DNA of 63,666 nt from a virus. Its lineage: Duplodnaviria; Caudoviricetes. Below, one piece after another: positions 1-10,062 of the stretch. How positions within the stretch are numbered: the stretch's first letter is position 1; each line of letters opens with the position of its first letter. Under the pieces are notes generated by a model. It was not told the origin of the DNA and searched no databases. It was given only the letters and a program-made list of their open reading frames with translations. The translations under genes and the position numbers were made by a program. The stretch is from positions 1 through 63,666 of IMG/VR virus record IMGVR_UViG_3300044814_000016; one strand, given 5' to 3'.

Positions 1-127
1 CGATCAGCGTGATGGCAATGTTCACGACGATCACCACGACGCTGACGACCACCCCGAGGATCACCAGGCGCGTGTTCATGCTGTCACGCTGCTCCGCGCG
101 CTCCGCCGTCACCGCCGCCGTCCCGCC
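1..127. repeat. Terminal direct repeat copy 1 (identical to 63540-63666); circular assembly overlap
   Basis: cgatcagcgtgatggc...tcccgcc is identical at both ends; 127 bp equals a common assembler k-mer; the repeat lies inside a gene. Confidence 0.95.
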
Positions 128-583
128 TGCCCCCGTGTCCAGCCGGGACGTGAGCCGCAGTTCGAGTGTCGCGACGCGTTCCGCGTTAGCGGCCACCTTG
201 TCCTCCAGGGCCTTGTGCGCCGTGCTGTACTCGGTGCGCGGCATGAAGTTGGCCGCCTGGTCGGTGAGTGCCTGGCGGAACTCGTTCACGCTCTCGAACC
301 GTTTCTCATTGGCGCGCTCCGCCGTGGCGACGGCTTTCTCCGCGCTGGTCAGCGCCGTCGCGACGGCTTTCTCCGCCGCGACGAACGCCGCGTCAAGCGC
401 TTTCGTCTGAGTGGCGTACCGCTCGTCGAGCAGCACCCGCAGCGCCCGCAGCTCCGACTCCAGCAGCTCGCGTACCGCCAGCAGCTCACGCCGCCCCTGC
501 GCGGTTGCCCGGTTGAACGCCTCCTGCGTCAGCTCGGTCGGGTCGGGAACCGGGACCCACCCGTTCTCGCGTCCCTCGCTCAT
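1..583 (-). CDS. Coiled-coil protein with C-terminal transmembrane helix (197 aa), spanning the circular junction (stop at 63529-63531); directly upstream of the endolysin
   Basis: Manual translation from ATG at 583: MSEGRENGWVPVPDPTELTQEAF...AAEKAVATALTSAEKAVATAERANEKRFESVNEFR...MNTRLVILGVVVSVVVIVVNIAITLIVHH*; absent from ORF track because it crosses the end. Confidence 0.85.
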   Translation of the reverse strand, partial: MSEGRENGWVPVPDPTELTQEAFNRATAQGRRELLAVRELLESELRALRVLLDERYATQTKALDAAFVAAEKAVATALTSAEKAVATAERANEKRFESVNEFRQALTDQAANFMPRTEYSTAHKALEDKVAANAERVATLELRLTSRLDTGAGGTAAVTAERAEQRDSMNTRLVILGVVVSVVVIVVNIAITLI

Positions 584-586
584 GAC

Positions 587-949
587 TTACCCGAGCTGTC
601 CAGCCCACAGCAGCGACAGCGCGTTGTCGAACGCGAACACCGTAGCCGAGTTCACCGTGCCGTCACCGCCCTGCCGCACCGTGCCGAAGTAGACACCCGC
701 CTGCGTGTTCAGGTAAGCGATCGTCTGGAGCGCCCACGCCGCGTCGGTCTGCGCGCCGGGGTTAGCCGGGTTGGCGGCCGTGTTGTCGTACCCGATCCGC
801 GTCAGGTAAGCGATGCCGTTGCCCTGCCCGTTGACCTGCGTGTCGAGTCGCTTGACTTTCGACATGAGGTTCCGAATCGTGACGGCGATGTCGGTCAATG
901 ACGCGTCGATGGTCTCCTTGGTGGCCTGCGAGCCCACTCCGGTTGACAT
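587..949 (-). CDS. Hypothetical protein at the end of the tail module
   Basis: 120 aa, tightly packed between neighbours, GGAG upstream. Confidence 0.7.
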   Translation of the reverse strand: MSTGVGSQATKETIDASLTDIAVTIRNLMSKVKRLDTQVNGQGNGIAYLTRIGYDNTAANPANPGAQTDAAWALQTIAYLNTQAGVYFGTVRQGGDGTVNSATVFAFDNALSLLWAGQLG

Positions 950-952
950 GTC

Positions 953-1666
953 TTACGCTCCTAGTCTCTCGAATGTTGAGGCTACTCCCGACACGAACGG
1001 GGCATTCCCGGCAGCCCACGTGGCCGTCAGGGAGAACGTGGTCGCGGCGGTGGTGTCGATAGCTATCGCGACGCTGCTCATGCCGAACCCGGTCAGGCTG
1101 CTGGTCGCGGTGATGCTAGCGGAGTTCGCGGTGAGGGTCACCTTCGTGTAGAACCGCGCTGTGCCGCTGCTGCCGGTCGTGACCACGACCATGTTGCACT
1201 CAGCTTCCCAGACAGCATTCAGGCTGGTGCCGAGCGTCGCCGCCGCCCACTGCACCAGCGCCTCGTTGAGGCCGAACCCGTTGATCTGGTACCCGAGGTT
1301 GCCGCCGACAGTCCCGTTGGTGACGACACCCCACGTCTTGAGCCGGTAGCAGGTGGCCACCTGCGCGTCATTCGCCGGGATGGGCCACGCCGCCGTCATG
1401 TTCTGAAAGCCGGTAGTGGAATTCGTGAACGTGCTGATATTGCTCTGCGTCTGCGGGAGGCGCCCCACCATCCCGCTGTGACTCACGATCGAGGGGATAC
1501 CGCTGACACTGTTCGCGAACAGGATGGAGTTAGCCGACGCCGGGGTCGCCGGGGTCGCCTCACCGACAAGCAGCACGTCACCGCCAGCACCCCCCGCAAC
1601 CAGCGAGTCGATCCGCTGGTGAGCGTTCGCGACCTTGCTGCTCAGCGTCTGGATGTTCGTCATCAC
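953..1666 (-). CDS. Minor tail / putative receptor-binding protein
   Basis: Short N-terminal coiled coil then Ser/Thr/Gly-rich beta domain; last large tail gene. Confidence 0.65.
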   Translation of the reverse strand: MMTNIQTLSSKVANAHQRIDSLVAGGAGGDVLLVGEATPATPASANSILFANSVSGIPSIVSHSGMVGRLPQTQSNISTFTNSTTGFQNMTAAWPIPANDAQVATCYRLKTWGVVTNGTVGGNLGYQINGFGLNEALVQWAAATLGTSLNAVWEAECNMVVVTTGSSGTARFYTKVTLTANSASITATSSLTGFGMSSVAIAIDTTAATTFSLTATWAAGNAPFVSGVASTFERLGA

Positions 1667-2745
1667 GCCGCCGCCTTCGGGGTAAGCGCCGTGAGCACGT
1701 TCGCGAGCGTACCGAAGTACGACTGGAACGGCGTGACCGCGAGCTGGTCAGCGTCAGCGTCATAGCTCACCGCGCCGACCGGGAACGTGACCGGCCCCGG
1801 TATCAGCTCCGCCCCGTACGGGCCGTCAGCGAAGATGAGCTGCGCGACTTCCCCGGCGTGCTCCGTACCGAGGTCAACCGGCGAGCCGCCAACCGTCATG
1901 TAGTCACCGAACGGCACGGTGAACGCCGACGCGAACGAAGCCGCCTGGTACTTGCCGAGCGCCGTCGCTGCCTTCGCGTTCGCCGCCGCACCGCTCATGA
2001 CGCCCGCCGACGACAGGTCCCAGTAGTCCTCAAGCCGGTCGTGCGCCGCGATCGACGCCGCGTTAGTCGAGAGCCCGAGCCCGTACGTCGCAGCGACGGT
2101 GCCCGCGTCAGCGGTCGCCTCGTACCGGGCGTACAGCGCGTTGATGTACCCGGCGACCGTCCGCGCGGCGGGCACCGTCGTGACGAGCAGCCGCGTCACC
2201 GTCGTGGGGATCGGGATCAGGTCCACCTGGAGCCCCGCCTGCACCCGGTGAACCCGCCACGTCTGCGAAGTCGGGGACGCGATCTGGTTGAGGAACGCGC
2301 CGACGTCGAGCGACCCGGAATCCTGCGGCTGACTCAGGTCACCCCCCGTCACCGTCCCCTTGATCCACCGCAGACCTCGAGTAATTGCCTGGTTGATCAC
2401 GTCGTCTGCGGTGCCCGTAACCCACGGTGGCGTGTAGACGGCCCGGAAGCGGGCGCCCCAGTTCCCTGCGCCGTCGCCGCTCAGCGCCCACCCGGAGCCG
2501 TTCGGTACGGGGGTGAGCAGTGACCCCTCGTACTCGATTGTGCCGCCCTTGAGGACGCAGACGCGGCGGCCGACGCCGAACGCCTCGTGCTGCTGCGTCT
2601 GGTCGTACTCAAGGTTCAGGGTCATCGCGTCGCTGCCGCCTGGCATCGTGTCGGCGTATACCAGCGAGTCAACGCCGCCGAGGTCGTTCAGGTAGTAGCG
2701 GCCGGTGCCGTCAACCCGTGTCGTGTAAACCTCCTCGCCGGCCAT
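1663..2745 (-). CDS. Minor tail protein (baseplate hub/Tal-like)
   Basis: Follows Dit-like gene; start refined to ATG 2745 by TGATG overlap. Confidence 0.7.
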   Translation of the reverse strand: MAGEEVYTTRVDGTGRYYLNDLGGVDSLVYADTMPGGSDAMTLNLEYDQTQQHEAFGVGRRVCVLKGGTIEYEGSLLTPVPNGSGWALSGDGAGNWGARFRAVYTPPWVTGTADDVINQAITRGLRWIKGTVTGGDLSQPQDSGSLDVGAFLNQIASPTSQTWRVHRVQAGLQVDLIPIPTTVTRLLVTTVPAARTVAGYINALYARYEATADAGTVAATYGLGLSTNAASIAAHDRLEDYWDLSSAGVMSGAAANAKAATALGKYQAASFASAFTVPFGDYMTVGGSPVDLGTEHAGEVAQLIFADGPYGAELIPGPVTFPVGAVSYDADADQLAVTPFQSYFGTLANVLTALTPKAAA

Positions 2746-5700
2746 CAGTACAGGCGCTCCATCCACCAGTGAGGGATGTACTCGCCGTCGATGCCAGGCT
2801 GCCCGCTGGGCGAGTAGACGGTGAACTGGTTGACACCCGGTTCAAGCATCAGCGGGCCGCCGCTGCTGTCGGTGGCTGACAGCACCGACACCGCCGCCGA
2901 GCGGTCAGCGACCGAGCCGAGGACACGGCCGATCCGCGTGGACAGGCCCGGCGCGTCAATCCAGTAGTCGGTGTAGCCGCCGCCCGGCAGGTTGATGAGG
3001 ACGAGCTGCCCGGAGCTGTCAACTAGCAGCAGGTCAAGGAAGCGGTCGCTTGTATCCCCGGAGAGAAGCGACACGGTGTAATACGTGTCGGTGTTGTCCT
3101 GCGCCATGTCCTTGACCGGGAGGGTCACCTGCCCGAGGTTCACAATCCCGTTGAGGACGTTCGCCGGGGTCACGCTCTGGTTGACGGCAGCCTGGCTGAC
3201 CGCGCCGCCTGCCTGCTCGTACTGGCGGATCGTCGCGGTGACGCTACGGGCGCCGCTGCCGTCCCAGGACTGGTTCACCGCGTAGACGGTGAACGTCCCG
3301 TTGTACCGGGCGTTGAACCCGTCGACCGTCCCGATCTGGTACTCACGCCCGTCCGGGGGGTCACCGCCGCCGCCGACTGAGATGACCGTCTGAGCCAGGT
3401 TGTTGACCGTGCTCTTACGCGACGGCATGTGCACCAGCAGCGTCGGGAAGTTCCCCTGAGTCGAGTACGTCGTCAGGACCATCTTGATGTTGCCCTGCGC
3501 GCCCTTGGCACCGAAGTAGCCCTTGTTCGTGACCGCCGCCGCGCCGCCGCCGCCGCCGGGGAAGTAACCGGGGTACCCGGAGCCGCCGCCGTGCTGCTGC
3601 CCCGGGCCGCCCGCGCCGCCGACGACGCCGAGCGACCCCGCGACGCCGCCGAGCCCGTTCACCGGAGCAGTGCCGCCGTTAGGCCCGACACCGCCGTCAC
3701 CCGCAGCCCCTGCACCGCCGCCGCCGAAGATCGACGCCTGGTTACCCGTGCCGCCTGTGCCGCCGCTGTTGTGGTGCGCGTTACCGGAGCCGCTGCCGCC
3801 TGCGCCGCCTACGCCGTTGCTGTAGTCAGTCGTGAGGCGGTTCACCCCGCCTGTCCCGCCGTGAGCTGTCACCGTCGTCGTCGTCCCGGCGAACGTGGTG
3901 GTGCCGCCGTTGCCGCCTGATGCCAGCGTGTTGTTCGGCACGCCCCCTGCGCCGATCGTGTACGCGTGCGGCCCGGAGGGGGTCAGGTCAAGGTTCAGCT
4001 CCCATGCGGTCTCAGCGCCGCCGCCGCCGCCGCCCGCGCAGCGTGTCGGCTGGCAGGTGCCGCCAGAGCCGCCGCCTCCGGTGCCGAGGACCGTCCCCTG
4101 TAGCCCCCACGACAGGTACAGGTCGTCGAGGTAGTGAATCTCGCTCGTGGCCGGGGTGGTGATGGTGACGATCATCCGGCAGAAAGCCGCGGTGGCCGGG
4201 GCGGTGACCCGCCCGGAGATGAACGTCCACACTGACGTGCTGTCGGTCACCCCGCCGATGTTGACGAGGCTGACCGCCGCGCCGCCGGAGGTGAAGAACT
4301 GCGCCCCGAGCGTGACCGTCCGGGGAGTCGCCGCTGCCCGAGCCCAGCCGCTCAGCGCGATACGGTCACCCGGCTGGCACGGCACCCCCAGCGACGTCAC
4401 CGACGATGCCGGGAACGACGCGGCCACGGCGTTGCTGCCGCCGGATGACGGCACGACCGACATCGACGACGGGAGGCTGTGCGCCTGCGCCGACGAGTTC
4501 GTCAGCACCGCGTTCGTCGCTATCCCGTCGCTGCCGATCCAGTCACCGATCGACCCGTGCTCGTCGAAGTCCGCCGAGTCCGATGACAGCCAGTTCGGGT
4601 TCGCGGCCGGGGCAATCCAGTTGTACGCGTTCCCCGGTGTCCCCGGCAGGTTGAAAGACTGCGTGCTCGACACGTACGACTTGAACCCGAGCTGGCAATG
4701 CAGCGACAACGGCGTCGGGGCAGTGCCCTCAATGCCGTACAGGACGTAGTCGCCGCCACGGTCGCTCACCGACCGCTTGGGGCCAGCGGTCGGTGTCGCG
4801 ATCAGCCCCGCCAGGTACCCGCCGGTCTTGAAGTGCAGGAACTTCCCCGCGACCTTGACCTGCTGCTCAGACCACGCCTTGACCTGGTACGACGCGACCG
4901 ACTCATAGCGGAACAGCTTGTCGCCCTGCGGGATCTTCACCGACAGCCGGTTCCAGAACGGGAACGACGGGTTGTTACTCGCATGGCACACCTGCTGGAA
5001 GCCGAACACCAGCGAGTGCCCGGAGCTGTCCGTCAGCGTCACGGAGAAGTGAGTCAGGCCCTTGTTCCACAGCCGCCAGTCACTCGACGGGACACCCATC
5101 CCGAGCCAGAAACTGAGCTTGTCCCTGTTCGTGATGTCAGTCGCGGCACCGAGCACGTGCGAGTACCACAGCGGAGACGCCTTGTCGCTGATGTCATGAT
5201 TCCACCGGGCGGAGAAACTGAATGCCGCCGTCGTCGTCGTCTGCGACCACCAGGTGGGCTGCGTCGTGGAGCTGACCGTCGAGTAGTCGTCGAGCGTCAC
5301 CTGCGTGTAGAAGTTGCCGCCGCTGCCGAACAACTGGTACGGGCCGATGACGCCCGCCGTGCTGACGGCGATCGCATCGAGGTTGTAGTTCCACGACACG
5401 CCCGCGCCTGCGTTGATGATCCCGAACTGGTAGCTGGCCGGCACGCCGTTGGTGTTGAACGTCGCGGCGCTCGTCTGAGTCTCAACCGGGGTAGCGGAGT
5501 CCATCGAGAGGAACAGCGACATCGAGACTTGCCCGATCGACCCGTCACCCGTGACGTAGCCCTCGATCCGCACCCACTGGTTCAGCGGGATCGGGTTGGT
5601 GGTGGCGATCACGTTGGTGGATGCCCCGGCGTCCATCTGGAGCAGCCGGCCCGTGGTCAGCTTCAGGTTCGCGATCGTCGCCGCGCCTGCCGTCTGCACC

Positions 5701-6548
5701 GTCATGAGCGTCGCCGTGGCACCGGGTGCGGCGTTCAGGTTCACGTACAGCCGGAACCACTGCGTGGGCGCAGACCCCGGAGCACCCCATATGAGCTTCA
5801 CCGACTGGTTAGACGCCCCGGTACTGCACAGGCAAGACAGTGTCCCGTGACTCACCGGGGCGTTGTCGAACGTCGCGGTGGCCGTCGAGCCGAGCGTCAC
5901 GGCGGTGAACGGCGTCTCGAACGGGAAGTTGAACGTAGCCGCCGTGTTCAGCGTAGTCAGCGCCGTGCCGTTGCTGCCGGTACCGAAGTCCTGCAACTGA
6001 TAGACCGGCTGCTGTGACGCGTCGAGGATCGGGGAGTCAAACGCGATGTGGCTGGTGACGTCGGAGCGGCCCCACGGGTACGCCTCGAAGCTGATCATCA
6101 GCGTCATGGTGAGCTGCTTCTCAGCTTTGTAATTGGCGTTCACCACGATCGCCTTGGAGTGCCAGCAGTCGAACACCGTCTCCCGGCTGGTGTCCGTCCC
6201 GTCCGGTGACCACACCAGCTCAAACGAGTCAACGTTGACCGCTTGCATGAGCGCTTCCCGCGCCGACGTGAGCGTCAGCCGGTCAGCCGCAGTCGGCTGC
6301 CCGCCAGGCCCGGTGCCGTACACCCGGATCGTGACCGGGATGCTCATGCTGCGGTTGCTGTAACGGTGACCTGACGGGCGCTCACCATCACCCATCATCT
6401 GAATCGTGAAGTCGATCACCGGCTGCGGCGTCCCGAAGTCGTACGCCTCACCGAGGTTGAAGATCGCCCCTGCGCACTGCGGGAGCTGCGACGGGTTGCT
6501 GCCGCCCAGCAGCTCGAACAGGCGGCACAGGAGCAGGCTGTCAGCCAT
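2745..6548 (-). CDS. Large distal tail (evolved Dit-like) protein with inserted carbohydrate-binding and glycine-rich domains
   Basis: Downstream of tape measure; Dit-like ends (YSNRSMSIPV...FEAYPWG; LMLEPGVNQFTV); internal CBM-like segment (PGDRIALSGWARA...HYLDDLYL) and Gly-rich segment. Confidence 0.7.
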   Translation of the reverse strand: MADSLLLCRLFELLGGSNPSQLPQCAGAIFNLGEAYDFGTPQPVIDFTIQMMGDGERPSGHRYSNRSMSIPVTIRVYGTGPGGQPTAADRLTLTSAREALMQAVNVDSFELVWSPDGTDTSRETVFDCWHSKAIVVNANYKAEKQLTMTLMISFEAYPWGRSDVTSHIAFDSPILDASQQPVYQLQDFGTGSNGTALTTLNTAATFNFPFETPFTAVTLGSTATATFDNAPVSHGTLSCLCSTGASNQSVKLIWGAPGSAPTQWFRLYVNLNAAPGATATLMTVQTAGAATIANLKLTTGRLLQMDAGASTNVIATTNPIPLNQWVRIEGYVTGDGSIGQVSMSLFLSMDSATPVETQTSAATFNTNGVPASYQFGIINAGAGVSWNYNLDAIAVSTAGVIGPYQLFGSGGNFYTQVTLDDYSTVSSTTQPTWWSQTTTTAAFSFSARWNHDISDKASPLWYSHVLGAATDITNRDKLSFWLGMGVPSSDWRLWNKGLTHFSVTLTDSSGHSLVFGFQQVCHASNNPSFPFWNRLSVKIPQGDKLFRYESVASYQVKAWSEQQVKVAGKFLHFKTGGYLAGLIATPTAGPKRSVSDRGGDYVLYGIEGTAPTPLSLHCQLGFKSYVSSTQSFNLPGTPGNAYNWIAPAANPNWLSSDSADFDEHGSIGDWIGSDGIATNAVLTNSSAQAHSLPSSMSVVPSSGGSNAVAASFPASSVTSLGVPCQPGDRIALSGWARAAATPRTVTLGAQFFTSGGAAVSLVNIGGVTDSTSVWTFISGRVTAPATAAFCRMIVTITTPATSEIHYLDDLYLSWGLQGTVLGTGGGGSGGTCQPTRCAGGGGGGAETAWELNLDLTPSGPHAYTIGAGGVPNNTLASGGNGGTTTFAGTTTTVTAHGGTGGVNRLTTDYSNGVGGAGGSGSGNAHHNSGGTGGTGNQASIFGGGGAGAAGDGGVGPNGGTAPVNGLGGVAGSLGVVGGAGGPGQQHGGGSGYPGYFPGGGGGAAAVTNKGYFGAKGAQGNIKMVLTTYSTQGNFPTLLVHMPSRKSTVNNLAQTVISVGGGGDPPDGREYQIGTVDGFNARYNGTFTVYAVNQSWDGSGARSVTATIRQYEQAGGAVSQAAVNQSVTPANVLNGIVNLGQVTLPVKDMAQDNTDTYYTVSLLSGDTSDRFLDLLLVDSSGQLVLINLPGGGYTDYWIDAPGLSTRIGRVLGSVADRSAAVSVLSATDSSGGPLMLEPGVNQFTVYSPSGQPGIDGEYIPHWWMERLY

Positions 6549-6841
6549 CAGCTCACCTGCGTCATGCCCGGCCAGCCGACAGCCGTCTGCACCCCGTGAA
6601 CAGCCGGGTTAGGTGCCGGGGGCACCCACGCCTGCACTGACCGCATCCCGCCGGGAGGCGTGTAGCCCTTCCCCTTGACCTGCGCTGACGCCGGGTCGAG
6701 GATACCGGTCGTCACCCCGTCAACCTGGAGGACCAGGAACTGCGGCACGATCCCGCCCGCGATCGGGTTGTACACCTGCTCCGTCTTGCTGCCGTCAGCC
6801 GACTTGTACGTCCACAGCGTGAACCCCGTCTGGTCTCTCAC
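6548..6841 (-). CDS. Hypothetical protein between tape measure and Dit
   Basis: 97 aa with start/stop overlaps on both sides. Confidence 0.65.
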   Translation of the reverse strand: MRDQTGFTLWTYKSADGSKTEQVYNPIAGGIVPQFLVLQVDGVTTGILDPASAQVKGKGYTPPGGMRSVQAWVPPAPNPAVHGVQTAVGWPGMTQVS

Positions 6842-9800
6842 CGTGCACCCGCCCTCGCCGCGTACGCTTCCTGGCCCGCTGGTGCCTTGACCGCCTTCGC
6901 GACCCCAGCCGCCGTGCGCGCCGAGCTGTTCTCGACAGCCTGCCGCAGCGCCCGGAGTTCCGCAAGGAGCGGGTCGTCGTTACGCGGCACGACGCGCTCA
7001 CCCTCACCGATTGAGTACCTGCGCCCCGACGAGCCGATGCCGAGCACGTCCTCGGGGAGCATCCCGCCGAGCCGGTAACCGCGGACCTTGCCGCCCTTGC
7101 CCATGAACGACGACGCAAGCTGGATGCCCTGCGAGTGGATGTCACTGACCCCGAACCGCTCGACGCCCTTGCCCCACTCCTGAGCCGCCTGAGCCACCGA
7201 CGTCGCCCGGAACATCTGCGCGATCACGCCCGAGTCACCCGAGCTGGTCACGAACCTGAGAATCGCGGGGAGCTGCGTCTTCATGCCACCGAGGAAGTCA
7301 GAGTTGCTGATCGTGCTGATCGGCGTCCACCCGATAAGCCCACGACCGCCGCCGCCCTGAGCGAACGGGTTCCACGTTGACTCTCCCCAGATCGACGCGG
7401 TGGCACCCGCTGCGGCGATCTTGTTGCCGCCGAAGAGGTTCTTCAGCAGGTACTCGTAAAGCTGCTTGCCGTTGGCCATCTCACCGGCTGACGAGCCGAT
7501 ACCGGGGTCACCGCCGCCGATGCTGCCGGGGGCGAGCTGGTTCGGGTTCACGGTGTGGATCTTCGCGGCGAGCGCCTTGATCACCGCCGGGGGCATCTGC
7601 GCGAGCATCTTGCCGACCCCGGAGTCGGTGCCGGGGATCTTCTTGACCAGCGGGTTCACGAGCCCGTTCAGCACGCCGGTCATGATGTCAGCGGTAGCGT
7701 TGCGCAGGTCAGCCCAGATAGCCGACGCGCCCTTGGCCGCCAGGTTGACCCCGGCCTTGATGAACCCGGCGATGCCCTCCGTCGCCCCGGACACGCCGGG
7801 GATCTGCACGATGTCAAAGATGGAGTCAGGCACCGACTGCGGCCCGGTGCCGAGCTGCTGGTCCAGTGCCGCGAACCCGGTCCCGCGCCCGGTGACGAAC
7901 CCGACGTGCCCGCCGTTGCTCTCCACGTACAGGTCACCCGGCGACATCTTGCTGTAAGACTCCTTCGGCCACGACAGGTAGTCCCCGGCGACAGGCCCGT
8001 GGACCTTGCTGTTCCACCTGACGCCGTGCGGCAGCCCGACGCCGAACATCCCGAGGATCATGTTCACGAACGACGAGCAGTCAAACCCCTGCTGCGGGTT
8101 CGCGGCCCCGCCCCACACGTAACGGTGCCCGGCGTACGTCTTCGCCTTCGCGACGACCTCACCGCCGCCGGTGAACCCCGGAACCCCCCAGGCCGCCAGG
8201 TCCGCACGGTGCGCGCGAGTCGTGTTCTTGTCAACGACCGCCTCACCGGGCTCCAGCATCGCCGGGCCGTTGCCCTTGATCCACGCCGGGACGATGTCAC
8301 CCCCGCCGAAGCCGGGGATGCGCCCGCCGCTCTTGAGGTGCCAGATCGGGAGCTTCGGCAGGTGCAGCGGTGACGCCACGTCATTCCAGAAGCGAGCGAT
8401 GCCGCCGTCGTACACCGTGTTGACGATGTACTTGACCGGCTTCAGGACGACGTTCTGGATCTGGTTCCAGATACCTGGCAGGTCGTTCACGAACGCGTTG
8501 AAGGTGTTCTTCACCGACCCGATGAACTTGTTCTTAATCCAGTCGTCAGCGACCTGCACCAGGTGGACTACCCGGCCGATCGTGTCGCTGTAGATCGTGT
8601 CCCAGATGTGGGCGATGTCGTGGCGCAGGCCGTCGAAGATATTCGCCGTCCCGTGACGGAAGTCAGTGAACGTCCGCTCGGCGTCGTGCCCGATACGGAT
8701 CGCCGTCCCGACCGTCGCCCCGTACATGTCGTTCCAGATGGTGCGGGTGTCGCGCAGCATCACGTCAGACGCGTGCGGGACGCTCTTGGTAAAGAAGTTG
8801 ACCAGCGGCGCGAGCGCGTTGGTGTAGATCGCGTGCCACGCCGCGATGATCGTCCGCGAGATCTCAGGCCAGTACTTCACCGTCGCGCCGACGAGCAGGA
8901 TGATCGCCGTGGCGATCGCGATCACCGGGTTGGCGTTGATCAGCAGCAGCGCGCCCTCAAACGCGTACATCGCGAGGACCGCGAGCTTCACCGGGCCGGG
9001 GATCTTCTGGATCAGCCCGATGATCGTCTTGATACCGAGGACGAACAACCCGCTGATGAGCTTCGCTACCGGGGCGATCGCCCTCCCGAGGTTCGTGATC
9101 CAGGGCACGCCCACCTTGATCAGCCACGTCGCGAACAGCGTCAGGTAAGGCAGCAGCTTGACGCCGATGTTAGCGATCAGGTCCTTGATCGTGCTGATGA
9201 GCTGCTTCTGGACACCAGTCCACGACCTGGTCGCGGCGGTGCCCTCCTTGCCGAACTTGCTGTTCAGGATCGACTGCGCCTGAGCGAGGTTCTGCGCGAG
9301 CGTCGCGGACTTCGGCAGCACCTCGATGTTCAGCTTGTTGTAATCGCTGATGTTCCCGGCGAGCGCACCTGTCACGAGCTTGTGCGCCTGAGCGAGGGTG
9401 AGGTGATTCGCCGCCGCGAACTTAGCGAGCCCGCCCGACGCGCTGATACGGTCGTTCAGCAGCTTGGACGCGGACTCCAGCGCCTTCGCCTGAGTAGCCC
9501 CGGACACTTGCGTGACACCGAGCGCCTTCAGCGTACGAGCCGCCGTGCCGCCGCCCATCGTCATTTTCTGGAGCACCTGCGCGTAGTCGCCGCCAGTGAC
9601 CGCCGCGACGTTCATCGCCGCCTGCTGCACCTTCAGCGCCTCCGGGAGCGGCACCCCCGCGTTGATCAGCTTGACGAGGCTGTTCTGCACGTTGTCCTGC
9701 GTCACGCCGTACTTGGCGCCAGCGTCGATCGCAGCCTGGATCAACGGCTGGCTCGCCTTCAGCGACAACCCGTGCGACTGCTCCGCGGCCTTCAGCAGCA

Positions 9801-10062
9801 GGGTTGACTTCTGGAGCTTCGCCCCCTCGTCGATCAGTGACTTGAAGCCCTCGTAGATCCCCGCGATGCCGAGCAGCGCAGCGCCCCCGGCGAACGCTGA
9901 CTTGAGCGACGATGACATGCCGCCCGCGAACTTCTTCCCGGTGTCCTCGCCCGCCTTCTTCGCGACGGTCCCGGTCGAGGCAGTCTTCAGGCCCGTCTCC
10001 GTGTCTTTCCTGACCTGAGTCGAATCGACGCGCAGCCGCACGAAAGCCTGAGCCAGCCCCAC
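6838..10062 (-). CDS. Tape measure protein with NlpC/P60 peptidase and phage tail lysozyme domains
   Basis: 1074 aa helical Ala/Leu-rich with W/F periodic repeats; YVWGG...GFDCSSFV...GDL...GHVG (NlpC/P60); AAAGATASIWGESTWNP...GRGLIGWT (tail lysozyme-like). Confidence 0.92.
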   Translation of the reverse strand: MGLAQAFVRLRVDSTQVRKDTETGLKTASTGTVAKKAGEDTGKKFAGGMSSSLKSAFAGGAALLGIAGIYEGFKSLIDEGAKLQKSTLLLKAAEQSHGLSLKASQPLIQAAIDAGAKYGVTQDNVQNSLVKLINAGVPLPEALKVQQAAMNVAAVTGGDYAQVLQKMTMGGGTAARTLKALGVTQVSGATQAKALESASKLLNDRISASGGLAKFAAANHLTLAQAHKLVTGALAGNISDYNKLNIEVLPKSATLAQNLAQAQSILNSKFGKEGTAATRSWTGVQKQLISTIKDLIANIGVKLLPYLTLFATWLIKVGVPWITNLGRAIAPVAKLISGLFVLGIKTIIGLIQKIPGPVKLAVLAMYAFEGALLLINANPVIAIATAIILLVGATVKYWPEISRTIIAAWHAIYTNALAPLVNFFTKSVPHASDVMLRDTRTIWNDMYGATVGTAIRIGHDAERTFTDFRHGTANIFDGLRHDIAHIWDTIYSDTIGRVVHLVQVADDWIKNKFIGSVKNTFNAFVNDLPGIWNQIQNVVLKPVKYIVNTVYDGGIARFWNDVASPLHLPKLPIWHLKSGGRIPGFGGGDIVPAWIKGNGPAMLEPGEAVVDKNTTRAHRADLAAWGVPGFTGGGEVVAKAKTYAGHRYVWGGAANPQQGFDCSSFVNMILGMFGVGLPHGVRWNSKVHGPVAGDYLSWPKESYSKMSPGDLYVESNGGHVGFVTGRGTGFAALDQQLGTGPQSVPDSIFDIVQIPGVSGATEGIAGFIKAGVNLAAKGASAIWADLRNATADIMTGVLNGLVNPLVKKIPGTDSGVGKMLAQMPPAVIKALAAKIHTVNPNQLAPGSIGGGDPGIGSSAGEMANGKQLYEYLLKNLFGGNKIAAAGATASIWGESTWNPFAQGGGGRGLIGWTPISTISNSDFLGGMKTQLPAILRFVTSSGDSGVIAQMFRATSVAQAAQEWGKGVERFGVSDIHSQGIQLASSFMGKGGKVRGYRLGGMLPEDVLGIGSSGRRYSIGEGERVVPRNDDPLLAELRALRQAVENSSARTAAGVAKAVKAPAGQEAYAARAGAR

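Noticed and set aside
3520-4090. GCC-rich tandem repeats as a DNA-level element or DGR target
   Set aside because: They encode polyglycine in the tail protein; no reverse transcriptase or TR/VR pair was seen
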